Position numbers and translations under genes: made by a program. Source: Auanema rhodensis (Eukaryota > Animalia > Nematoda). Taken from it: 64,000 nt of DNA. The notes under the pieces were generated by a model. That model was not told where the DNA came from, did not search any database, and saw only the letters and a list, made by a program, of their open reading frames with translations. Location of the stretch: positions 1,364,001 to 1,428,000 of the forward strand of contig OZ059896.1 in assembly GCA_964057225.1 (NCBI GenBank), read 5' to 3'. Shown here in pieces: positions 51,201-64,000 of the stretch. Within the stretch, counting starts at the first letter, position 1; every line of letters begins with the position of its first letter.

Positions 51201-54200
51201 TTTGAAAAATGATGCATTAGTGTATGTTGAGTTTCTATGTACACTCAAAATTGCTTCCAAAAACATTTTGACAAAAATTTTTTCGAAAAATTTCAAAATA
51301 ATTTAGCGAAAAGTAGATGTTTTTAGATTCCTTTTTTTGAGGCAAAAACGAAGGACAATGTAATTCAACGAAAAAATTAATTCTTCAGGGTGAAAATCGA
51401 GGATATAGGTGTGAACTTATATCAGTTGATATCTCGGTGCATTTTCAAGCTAGCGCAAATCTGATAGTACAGATCGACGCAGCTTAAAAATCCGCATCGA
51501 ATGCACTATACTACATTGAGAAACGCTTAATACAAAATTTAGTTATGATCGTTTGAAAAATGATGCATTAGTGTATGTTGAGTTTCCATGTACACTCAAA
51601 ATTGCTTCCAAAAACATTTTGACAAAAATTTTTTCGAAAAATTTCAAAATAATTTAGCGAAAAGTGGATGTTTTTAGATTCCTTTTTTTGAGGCAAAAAC
51701 GAAGGACAATGTAATTCAACGAAAAAATTAATTCTTCAGGGTGAAAATCGAGGATATAGGTGTGAACTTATATCAGTTGATATCTCGGTGCATTTTCAAG
51801 CTAGCGCAAATCTGATAGTACAGATCGACGCAGCTTAAAAATCCGCATCGAATGCACTATACTACATTGAGAAACGCTTAATACAAAATTTAGTTATGAT
51901 CGTTTGAAAAATGATGCATTAGTGTATGTTGAGTTTCCATGTACACTCAACATTGCTTCCAAAAACATTTTGACAAAAATTTTTTCGAAAAATTTCAAAA
52001 TAATTTAGCGAAAAGTAGATGTTTTTAGATTCCTTTTTTCGAGGCAAAAACGATGGACAATGTTATTCAACGAAAAAATTAATTCTTCAGGGTGAAAATC
52101 GAGGATATAAGTGTGAACTTATATCAGTTGATATCTCGGTGCATTTTCAAGCTAGCGCAAATCTGATAGTACAGATCGACGCAGCTTAAAAATCCGCATC
52201 GAATGCACTATACTACATTGAGAAACGCTTAATACAAAATTTAGTTATGATCGTTTGAAAAATGATGCATTAGTGTATGTTGAGTTTCCATGTACACTCA
52301 ACATTGCTTCCAAAAACATTTTGACAAAAATTTTTTCAAAAAATTTCAAAATAATTTAGCGAAAAGTAGATGTTTTTAGATTCCTTTTTTCAAGGCAAAA
52401 ACGAAGGACAATGTAATTCAACGAAAAAATTAATTCTTCAGGGTGAAAATCGAGGATATAAGTGTGAACTTATATCAGTTGATATCTCGGTGCATTTTTA
52501 AGCTAGCGGAAATTTGATAACACAGATCGACGCAGCTTAAAAATCCGCATCGAATGCACTATACTACATTGAGAAACGCTTAATACAAAAATTAGTTATG
52601 ATCGTTTGAAAAATGATGCATTAGTGTATGTTGAGTTTCCATGTACACTCAACATTGCTTCCAAAAACATTTTGACAAAAATTTTTTCGAAAAATTTCAA
52701 AATAATTTAGCGAAAAGTAGATGTTTTTAGATTCCTTTTTTCGAGGCAAAAACGATGGACAATGTTATTCAACGAAAAAATTAATTCTTCAGGGTGAAAA
52801 TCGAGGATATAAGTGTGAACTTATATCAGTTGATATCTCGGTGCATTTTTAAGCTAGCGGAAATTTGATAACACAGATCGACGCAGCTTAAAAATCCGCA
52901 TCGAATGCACTATACTACATTGAGAAACGCTTAATACAAAAATTAGTTATGATCGTTTGAAAAATGATGCATTAGTGTATGTTGAGTTTCCATGTACACT
53001 CAACATTGCTTCCAAAAACATTTTGACAAAAATTTTTTCGAAAAATTTCAAAATAATTTAGCGAAAAGTAGATGTTTTTAGATTCCTTTTTTCAAGGCGA
53101 AAACGATGGACAATGTTATTCAACGAAAAAATTAATTCTTCAGGGTGAAAATCGAGGATATAAGTGTGAACTTATATCAGTTGATATCTCGGTGCATTTT
53201 CAAGCTAGCGCAAATCTGATAGTACAGATCGACGCAGCTTAAAAATCCGCATCGAATGCACTATACTACATTGAGAAACGCTTAATACAAAAATTAGTTA
53301 TGATCGTTTGAAAAATGATGCATTAGTGTATGTTGAGTTTCCATGTACACTCAAAATTGCTTCCAAAAACATTTTGACAAAAATTTTTTCAAAAAATTTC
53401 AAATCAATTTAGCGAAAAGTAGATGTTTTTAGATTCCTTTTTTCAAGGCAAAAACGAAGGACAATGTAATTCAACGAAAAAATTAATTCTTCAGGGTGAA
53501 AATCGAGGATATAAGTGTGAACTTATATCAGTTCATATCTCGGTGCATTTTCAAGCTAGCGCAAATCTGATAGTACAGATCGACGCAGCTTAAAAATCCG
53601 CATCGAATGCACTATACTAAATTGAGAAACGCTTAATACAAAAATTAGTTATGATCGTTTGAAAAATGATGCATTAGTGTATGTTGAGTTTCCATGTACA
53701 CTCAAAATTGCTTCCAAAAACATTTTGACAAAAATTTTTTCGAAAAATTTCAAAATAATTTAGCGAAAAGTAGATGTTTTTAGATTCCTTTTTTCAAGGC
53801 AAAAACGAAGGACAATGTAATTCAACGAAAAAATTAATTCTTCAGGGTGAAAATCGAGGATATAAGTGTGAACTTATATCAGTTCATATCTCGGTGCATT
53901 TTCAAGCTAGCGCAAATCTGATAGTACAGATCGACGCAGCTTAAAAATCCGCATCGAATGCACTATACTAAATTGAGAAACGCTTAATACAAAAATTAGT
54001 TATGATCGTTTGAAAAATGACGCATTAGTGTATGTTGAGTTTCCATGTACACTCAAAATTGCTTCCAAAAACATTTTGACAAAAATTTTTTCGAAAAATT
54101 TCAAAATAATTTAGCGAAAAGTAGATGTTTTTAGATTCCTTTTTTTGAGGCAAAAACGAAGGACAATGTAATTCAACGAAAAAATTAATTCTTCAGGGTG

Positions 54201-57200
54201 AAAATCGAGGATATAGGTGTGAACTTATATCAGTTGATATCTCGGTGCATTTTCAAGCTAGCGCAAATCTGATAGTACAGATCGACGCAGCTTAAAAATC
54301 CGCATCGAATGCACTATACTACATTGAGAAACGCTTAATACAAAATTTAGTTATGATCGTTTGAAAAATGATGCATTAGTGTATGTTGAGTTTCCATGTA
54401 CACTCAAAATTGCTTCCAAAAACATTTTGACAAAAATTTTTTCGAAAAATTTCAAAATAATTTAGCGAAAAGTGGATGTTTTTAGATTCTTTTTTTTTAG
54501 GCAAAAACGAAGGACAATGTAATTCAACGAAAAAATTAATTCTTCAGGGTGAAAATCGAGGATATAGGTGTGAACTTATATCAGTTGATATCTCGGTGCA
54601 TTTTCAAGCTAGCGCAAATCTGATAGTACAGATCGACGCAGCTTAAAAATCCGCATCGAATGCACTATACTACATTGAGAAACGCTTAATACAAAATTTA
54701 GTTATGATCGTTTGAAAAATGATGCATTAGTGTATGTTGAGTTTCCATGTACACTCAACATTGCTTCCAAAAACATTTTGACAAAAATTTTTTCGAAAAA
54801 TTTCAAAATAATTTAGCGAAAAGTAGATGTTTTTAGATTCCTTTTTTCGAGGCAAAAACGATGGACAATGTTATTCAACGAAAAAATTAATTCTTCAGGG
54901 TGAAAATCGAGGATATAAGTGTGAACTTATATCAGTTGATATCTCGGTGCATTTTCAAGCTAGCGCAAATCTGATAGTACAGATCGACGCAGCTTAAAAA
55001 TCCGCATCGAATGCACTATACTACATTGAGAAACGCTTAATACAAAATTTAGTTATGATCGTTTGAAAAATGATGCATTAGTGTATGTTGAGTTTCCATG
55101 TACACTCAACATTGCTTCCAAAAACATTTTGACAAAAATTTTTTCAAAAAATTTCAAAATAATTTAGCGAAAAGTAGATGTTTTTAGATTCCTTTTTTCA
55201 AGGCAAAAACGAAGGACAATGTAATTCAACGAAAAAATTAATTCTTCAGGGTGAAAATCGAGGATATAAGTGTGAACTTATATCAGTTGATATCTCGGTG
55301 CATTTTTAAGCTAGCGGAAATTTGATAACACAGATCGACGCAGCTTAAAAATCCGCATCGAATGCACTATACTACATTGAGAAACGCTTAATACAAAAAT
55401 TAGTTATGATCGTTTGAAAAATGATGCATTAGTGTATGTTGAGTTTCCATGTACACTCAACATTGCTTCCAAAAACATTTTGACAAAAATTTTTTCGAAA
55501 AATTTCAAAATAATTTAGCGAAAAGTAGATGTTTTTAGATTCCTTTTTTCGAGGCGAAAACGATGGACAATGTTATTCAACGAAAAAATTAATTCTTCAG
55601 GGTGAAAATCGAGGATATAAGTGTGAACTTATATCAGTTGATATCTCGGTGCATTTTCAAGCTAGCGCAAATCTGATAGTACAGATCGACGCAGCTTAAA
55701 AATCCGCATCGAATGCACTATACTACATTGAGAAACGCTTAATACAAAAATTAGTTATGATCGTTTGAAAAATGATGCATTAGTGTATGTTGAGTTTCCA
55801 TGTACACTCAAAATTGCTTCCAAAAACATTTTGACAAAAATTTTTTCAAAAAATTTCAAAATAATTTAGCGAAAAGTAGATGTTTTTAGATTCCTTTTTT
55901 CAAGGCAAAAACGATGGACAATGTTATTCAACGAAAAAATTAATTCTTCAGGGTGAAAATCGAGGATATAGGTGTGAACTTATATCAGTTGATATCTCGG
56001 TGCATTTTCAAGCTAGCGCAAATCTGATAGTACAGATCGACGCAGCTTAAAAATCCGCATCGAATGCACTATACTACATTGAGAAACGCTTAATACAAAA
56101 TTTAGTTATGATCGTTTGAAAAATGATGCATTAGTGTATGTTGAGTTTCCATGTACACTCAACATTGCTTCCAAAAACATTTTGACAAAAATTTTTTCGA
56201 AAAATTTCAAAATAATTTAGCGAAAAGTAGATGTTTTTAGATTCCTTTTTTCAAGGCAAAAACGAAGGACAATGTAATTCAACGAAAAAATTAATTCTTC
56301 AGGGTGAAAATCGAGGATATAAGTGTGAACTTATATCAGTTCATATCTCGGTGCATTTTCAAGCTAGCGCAAATCTGATAGTACAGATCGACGCAGCTTA
56401 AAAATCCGCATCGAATGCACTATACTAAATTGAGAAACGCTTAATACAAAAATTAGTTATGATCGTTTGAAAAATGATGCATTAGTGTATGTTGAGTTTC
56501 CATGTACACTCAAAATTGCTTCCAAAAACATTTTGACAAAAATTTTTTCGAAAAATTTCAAAATAATTTAGCGAAAAGTAGATGTTTTTAGATTCCTTTT
56601 TTTGAGGCAAAAACGAAGGACAATGTAATTCAACGAAAAAATTAATTCTTCAGGGTGAAAATCGAGGATATAGGTGTGAACTTATATCAGTTGATATCTC
56701 GGTGCATTTTCAAGCTAGCGCAAATCTGATAGTACAGATCGACGCAGCTTAAAAATCCGCATCGAATGCACTATACTACATTGAGAAACGCTTAATACAA
56801 AATTTAGTTATGATCGTTTGAAAAATGATGCATTAGTGTATGTTGAGTTTCCATGTACACTCAAAATTGCTTCCAAAAACATTTTGACAAAAATTTTTTC
56901 GAAAAATTTCAAAATAATTTAGCGAAAAGTGGATGTTTTTAGATTCCTTTTTTTGAGGCAAAAACGAAGGACAATGTAATTCAACGAAAAAATTAATTCT
57001 TCAGGGTGAAAATCGAGGATATAGGTGTGAACTTATATCAGTTGATATCTCGGTGCATTTTCAAGCTAGCGCAAATCTGAAAGTACAGATCGACGCAGCT
57101 TAAAAATCCGCATCGAATGCACTATACTACATTGAGAAACGCTTAATACAAAATTTAGTTATGATCGTTTGAAAAATGATGCATTAGTGTATGTTGAGTT

Positions 57201-59866
57201 TCCATGTACACTCAACATTGCTTCCAAAAACATTTTGACAAAAATTTTTTCGAAAAATTTCAAAATAATTTAGCGAAAAGTAGATGTTTTTAGATTCCTT
57301 TTTTCGAGGCAAAAACGATGGACAATGTTATTCAACGAAAAAATTAATTCTTCAGGGTGAAAATCGAGGATATAAGTGTGAACTTATATCAGTTGATATC
57401 TCGGTGCATTTTCAAGCTAGCGCAAATCTGATAGTACAGATCGACGCAGCTTAAAAATCCGCATCGAATGCACTATACTACATTGAGAAACGCTTAATAC
57501 AAAATTTAGTTATGATCGTTTGAAAAATGATGCATTAGTGTATGTTGAGTTTCCATGTACACTCAACATTGCTTCCAAAAACATTTTGACAAAAATTTTT
57601 TCAAAAAATTTCAAAATAATTTAGCGAAAAGTAGATGTTTTTAGATTCCTTTTTTCAAGGCAAAAACGAAGGACAATGTAATTCAACGAAAAAATTAATT
57701 CTTCAGGGTGAAAATCGAGGATATAAGTGTGAACTTATATCAGTTGATATCTCGGTGCATTTTCAAGCTAGCGCAAATCTGATAGTACAGATCGACGCAG
57801 CTTAAAAATCCGCATCGAATGCACTATACTACATTGAGAAACGCTTAATACAAAATTTAGTTATGATCGTTTGAAAAATGATGCATTAGTGTATGTTGAG
57901 TTTCCATGTACACTCAAAATTGCTTCCAAAAACATTTTGACAAAAATTTTTTCGAAAAATTTCAAAATAATTTAGCGAAAAGTAGATGTTTTTAGATTCC
58001 TTTTTTCAAGGCAAAAACGATGGACAATGTTATTCAACGAAAAAATTAATTCTTCAGGGTGAAAATCGAGGATATAGGTGTGAACTTATATCAGTTGATA
58101 TCTCGGTGCATTTTCAAGCTAGCGCAAATCTGATAGTACAGATCGACGCAGCTTAAAAATCCGCATCGAATGCACTATACTACATTGAGAAACGCTTAAT
58201 ACAAAATTTAGTTATGATCGTTTGAAAAATGATGCATTAGTGTATGTTGAGTTTCCATGTACACTCAACATTGCTTCCAAAAACATTTTGACAAAAATTT
58301 TTTCGAAAAATTTCAAAATAATTTAGCGAAAAGTAGATGTTTTTAGATTCCTTTTTTCAAGGCAAAAACGAAGGACAATGTAATTCAACGAAAAAATTAA
58401 TTCTTCAGGGTGAAAATCGAGGATATAAGTGTGAACTTATATCAGTTCATATCTCGGTGCATTTTCAAGCTAGCGCAAATCTGATAGTACAGATCGACGC
58501 AGCTTAAAAATCCGCATCGAATGCACTATACTAAATTGAGAAACGCTTAATACAAAAATTAGTTATGATCGTTTGAAAAATGATGCATTAGTGTATGTTG
58601 AGTTTCTATGTACACTCAAAATTGCTTCCAAAAACATTTTGACAAAAATTTTTTCGAAAAATTTCAAAATAATTTAGCGAAAAGTAGATGTTTTTAGATT
58701 CCTTTTTTTGAGGCAAAAACGAAGGACAATGTAATTCAACGAAAAAATTAATTCTTCAGGGTGAAAATCGAGGATATAGGTGTGAACTTATATCAGTTGA
58801 TATCTCGGTGCATTTTCAAGCTAGCGCAAATCTGATAGTACAGATCGACGCAGCTTAAAAATCCGCATCGAATGCACTATACTACATTGAGAAACGCTTA
58901 ATACAAAATTTAGTTATGATCGTTTGAAAAATGATGCATTAGTGTATGTTGAGTTTCCATGTACACTCAAAATTGCTTCCAAAAACATTTTGACAAAAAT
59001 TTTTTCGAAAAATTTCAAAATAATTTAGCGAAAAGTGGATGTTTTTAGATTCCTTTTTTTGAGGCAAAAACGAAGGACAATGTAATTCAACGAAAAAATT
59101 AATTCTTCAGGGTGAAAATCGAGGATATAGGTGTGAACTTATATCAGTTGATATCTCGGTGCATTTTCAAGCTAGCGCAAATCTGATAGTACAGATCGAC
59201 GCAGCTTAAAAATCCGCATCGAATGCACTATACTACATTGAGAAACGCTTAATACAAAATTTAGTTATGATCGTTTGAAAAATGATGCATTAGTGTATGT
59301 TGAGTTTCCATGTACACTCAACATTGCTTCCAAAAACATTTTGACAAAAATTTTTTCGAAAAATTTCAAAATAATTTAGCGAAAAGTAGATGTTTTTAGA
59401 TTCCTTTTTTCGAGGCAAAAACGATGGACAATGTTATTCAACGAAAAAATTAATTCTTCAGGGTGAAAATCGAGGATATAAGTGTGAACTTATATCAGTT
59501 GATATCTCGGTGCATTTTCAAGCTAGCGCAAATCTGATAGTACAGATCGACGCAGCTTAAAAATCCGCATCGAATGCACTATACTACATTGAGAAACGCT
59601 TAATACAAAATTTAGTTATGATCGTTTGAAAAATGATGCATTAGTGTATGTTGAGTTTCCATGTACACTCAACATTGCTTCCAAAAACATTTTGACAAAA
59701 ATTTTTTCAAAAAATTTCAAAATAATTTAGCGAAAAGTAGATGTTTTTAGATTCCTTTTTTCAAGGCAAAAACGAAGGACAATGTAATTCAACGAAAAAA
59801 TTAATTCTTCAGGGTGAAAATCGAGGATATAAGTGTGAACTTATATCAGTTGATATCTCGGTGCAT
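45285..59866. repeat. Tandem higher-order duplication, period 7371 bp (21 monomers), about 2 copies
   Basis: Rare variants at exactly 7371 offset: AAATCAATT 46034/53405, AATGACGC 46650/54021, GATTCTTTTTTTTTAGG 47119/54490, TCTGAAAGT 49710/57081, TTTCTATGT 51236/58607. Confidence 0.9.
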
Positions 59867-59885
59867 TTTCAAGCTAGCGCAAATC

Positions 59886-62800
59886 TGATAGTACAGATCG
59901 ACGCAGCTTAAAAATCCGCATCGAATGCACTATACTACATTGAGAAACGCTTAATACAAAAATTAGTTATGATCGTTTGAAAAATGATGCATTAGTGTAT
60001 GTTGAGTTTCCATGTACACTCCAAATTGCTTCCAAAAACATTTTGACAAAAATTTTTTCGAAAAATTTCAAAATAATTTAGCGAAAAGTAGATGTTTTTA
60101 GATTCCTTTTTTCGAGGCAAAAACGATGGACAATGTTATTCAACGAAAAAATTAATTCTTCAGGGTGAAAATCGAGGATATAAGTGTGAACTTATATCAG
60201 TTGATATCTCGGTGCATTTTTAAGCTAGCGGAAATTTGATAACACAGATCGACGCAGCTTAAAAATCCGCATCGAATGCACTATACTACATTGAGAAACG
60301 CTTAATACAAAAATTAGTTATGATCGTTTGAAAAATGATGCATTAGTGTATGTTGAGTTTCCATGTACACTCAAAATTGCTTCCAAAAACATTTTGACAA
60401 AAATTTTTTCGAAAAATTTCAAAATAATTTAGCGAAAAGTAGATGTTTTTAGATTCCTTTTTTCAAGGCAAAAACGATGGACAATGTTATTCAACAAAAA
60501 AATTAATTCTTCAGGGTGAAAATCGAGGATATAGGTGTGAACTTATATCAGTTGATATCTCGGTGCATTTTTAAGCTAGCGCAAATCTGATAGTACAGAT
60601 CGACGCAGCTTAATAATCCGCATCGAATGCACTATACTACATTGAGAAACGCTTAATACAAAAATTAGTTATGATCTTTTGAAAAATGATGCATTAGTGT
60701 ATGTTGAGTTTCCATGTACACTCAAAATTGCTTCCAAAAACATTTTGACAAAAATTTTTTCGAAAAATTTCAAAATAATTTAGCAAAAAGTAGATGTTTT
60801 TAGATTCCTTTTTTCGAGGCAAAAACGATGGACAATGTTATTCAACGAAAAAATTAATTCTTCAGGGTGAAAATCGAGGATATAAGTGTGAACTTATATC
60901 AGTTCATATCTCGGTGCATTTTCAAGCTAGCGCAAATCTGATAGTACAGATCGACGCAGCTTAAAAATCCGCATCGAATGCACTATACTACATTGAGAAA
61001 CGCTTAATACAAAAATAAGTTATGATCGTTTGAAAAATGATGCATTAGTGTATGTTGAGTTTCCATGTACACTCAAAATTGCTTCCAAAAACATTTTGAC
61101 AAAAATTTTTTCGAAAAATTTCAAAATAATTTAGCGAAAAGTAGATGTTTTTAGATTCCTTTTTTCAAGGCAAAAACGAAGGACAATGTAATTCAACGAA
61201 AAAATTAATTCTTCAGAGTGAAAATCGAGGATATAGGTGTGAACTTATATCAGTTGATATCTCGGTGCATTTTCAAGCCAGCGCAAATCTGATAGTACAG
61301 ATCGACGCAGCTTAAAAATCCGCATCGAATGCACTATACTACATTGAGAAACGCTTAATACAAAAATTAGTTATGATCGTTTGAAAAATGATGCATTAGT
61401 GTATGTTGAGTTTCCATGTACACTCCAAATTGCTTCCAAAAACATTTTGACAAAAATTTTTTCGAAAAATTTCAAAATAATTTAGCGAAAAGTAGATGTT
61501 TTTAGATTCCTTTTTTCGAGGCAAAAACGATGGACAATGTTATTCAACGAAAAAATTAATTCTTCAGGGTGAAAATCGAGGATATAAGTGTGAACTTATA
61601 TCAGTTGATATCTCGGTGCATTTTTAAGCTAGCGGAAATTTGATAACACAGATCGACGCAGCTTAAAAATCCGCATCGAATGCACTATACTACATTGAGA
61701 AACGCTTAATACAAAAATTAGTTATGATCGTTTGAAAAATGATGCATTAGTGTATGTTGAGTTTCCATGTACACTCAACATTGCTTCCAAAAACATTTTG
61801 ACAAAAATTTTTTCGAAAAATTTCAAAATAATTTAGCGAAAAGTAGATGTTTTTAGATTCCTTTTTTCAAGGCGAAAACGATGGACAATGTTATTCAACG
61901 AAAAAATTAATTCTTCAGGGTGAAAATCGAGGATATAAGTGTGAACTTATATCAGTTGATATCTCGGTGCATTTTCAAGCTAGCGCAAATCTGATAGTAC
62001 AGATCGACGCAGCTTAAAAATCCGCATCGAATGCACTATACTACATTGAGAAACGCTTAATACAAAAATTAGTTATGATCGTTTGAAAAATGATGCATTA
62101 GTGTATGTTGAGTTTCCATGTACACTCAAAATTGCTTCCAAAAACATTTTGACAAAAATTTTTTCAAAAAATTTCAAATCAATTTAGCGAAAAGTAGATG
62201 TTTTTAGATTCCTTTTTTCAAGGCAAAAACGAAGGACAATGTAATTCAACGAAAAAATTAATTCTTCAGGGTGAAAATCGAGGATATAAGTGTGAACTTA
62301 TATCAGTTCATATCTCGGTGCATTTTCAAGCTAGCGCAAATCTGATAGTACAGATCGACGCAGCTTAAAAATCCGCATCGAATGCACTATACTAAATTGA
62401 GAAACGCTTAATACAAAAATTAGTTATGATCGTTTGAAAAATGATGCATTAGTGTATGTTGAGTTTCCATGTACACTCAAAATTGCTTCCAAAAACATTT
62501 TGACAAAAATTTTTTCGAAAAATTTCAAAATAATTTAGCGAAAAGTAGATGTTTTTAGATTCCTTTTTTCAAGGCAAAAACGAAGGACAATGTAATTCAA
62601 CGAAAAAATTAATTCTTCAGGGTGAAAATCGAGGATATAAGTGTGAACTTATATCAGTTCATATCTCGGTGCATTTTCAAGCTAGCGCAAATCTGATAGT
62701 ACAGATCGACGCAGCTTAAAAATCCGCATCGAATGCACTATACTAAATTGAGAAACGCTTAATACAAAAATTAGTTATGATCGTTTGAAAAATGACGCAT

Positions 62801-64000
62801 TAGTGTATGTTGAGTTTCCATGTACACTCAAAATTGCTTCCAAAAACATTTTGACAAAAATTTTTTCGAAAAATTTCAAAATAATTTAGCGAAAAGTAGA
62901 TGTTTTTAGATTCCTTTTTTTTAAGGCAAAAACGAAGGACAATGTAATTCAACGAAAAAATTAATTCTTCAGGGTGAAAATCGAGGATATAGGTGTGAAC
63001 TTATATCAGTTGATATCTCGGTGCATTTTCAAGCTAGCGCAAATCTGATAGTACAGATCGACGCAGCTTAAAAATCCGCATCGAATGCACTATACTACAT
63101 TGAGAAACGCTTAATACAAAATTTAGTTATGATCGTTTGAAAAATGATGCATTAGTGTATGTTGAGTTTCCATGTACACTCAAAATTGCTTCCAAAAACA
63201 TTTTGACAAAAATTTTTTCGAAAAATTTCAAAATAATTTAGCGAAAAGTGGATGTTTTTAGATTCCTTTTTTTGAGGCAAAAACGAAGGACAATGTAATT
63301 CAACGAAAAAATTAATTCTTCAGGGTGAAAATCGAGGATATAGGTGTGAACTTATATCAGTTGATATCTCGGTGCATTTTCAAGCTAGCGCAAATCTGAT
63401 AGTACAGATCGACGCAGCTTAAAAATCCGCATCGAATGCACTATACTACATTGAGAAACGCTTAATACAAAATTTAGTTATGATCGTTTGAAAAATGATG
63501 CATTAGTGTATGTTGAGTTTCCATGTACACTCAACATTGCTTCCAAAAACATTTTGACAAAAATTTTTTCGAAAAATTTCAAAATAATTTAGCGAAAAGT
63601 AGATGTTTTTAGATTCCTTTTTTCGAGGCAAAAACGATGGACAATGTTATTCAACGAAAAAATTAATTCTTCAGGGTGAAAATCGAGGATATAAGTGTGA
63701 ACTTATATCAGTTCATATCTCGGTGCATTTTCAAGCTAGCGCAAATCTGATAGTACAGATCGACGCAGCTTAAAAATCCGCATCGAATGCACTATACTAC
63801 ATTGAGAAACGCTTAATACAAAATTTAGTTATGATCGTTTGAAAAATGATGCATTAGTGTATGTTGAGTTTCCATGTACACTCAACATTGCTTCCAAAAA
63901 CATTTTGACAAAAATTTTTTCAAAAAATTTCAAAATAATTTAGCGAAAAGTAGATGTTTTTAGATTCCTTTTTTCAAGGCAAAAACGAAGGACAATGTAA
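59886..64000. repeat. Copy of ~43740-47850 at offset 16146 bp (46 monomers)
   Basis: CACTCCAAA 43876/60022, TCAACAAAA 44350/60496, TTCAGAGTG 45071/61217, AAATCAATT 46034/62180, AATGACGC 46650/62796. Confidence 0.88.

Larger units (their letters stand above)
35695..64000. repeat. 351-bp satellite array, segment 3 (~80.6 monomers; continues beyond right edge)
   Basis: Same monomer and orientation to the end of the window. Confidence 0.99.

Noticed and set aside
1-64000. CRISPR array or repeat-with-variable-spacer system
   Set aside because: There are no unique spacers; whole monomers are near-identical, and no cas or other coding sequence is present.

Overview
The window is almost entirely one head-to-tail array of an AT-rich (~32% GC by my hand count) 351-bp satellite. 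It holds about 179 copies, all in the same orientation and differing at only a few percent of sites, which is typical of eukaryotic (peri)centromeric heterochromatin. I cannot assign a species or named family. I found no credible genes, RNA genes or transposons; the three ORFs are chance products of satellite SNPs. The array is interrupted twice (20547-21178 and 35063-35694) by the same 632-bp cassette, made of 3.6 copies of a different 176-bp satellite. The cassette replaces 157 bp of a 351-mer, has no target-site duplication, shows identical junctions in both copies and was spread by a ~6.5 kb segmental duplication. It is preceded by a run of unusually divergent 351-mers that may be a captured array edge. 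Rare SNPs reveal nested, local higher-order duplications (2-, 4-, 8-, 21- and 46-monomer offsets). The 351-mer carries a 9-bp hairpin with a GNRA-type loop; the 176-mer is rich in palindromes and E-boxes. All offsets were counted by hand.
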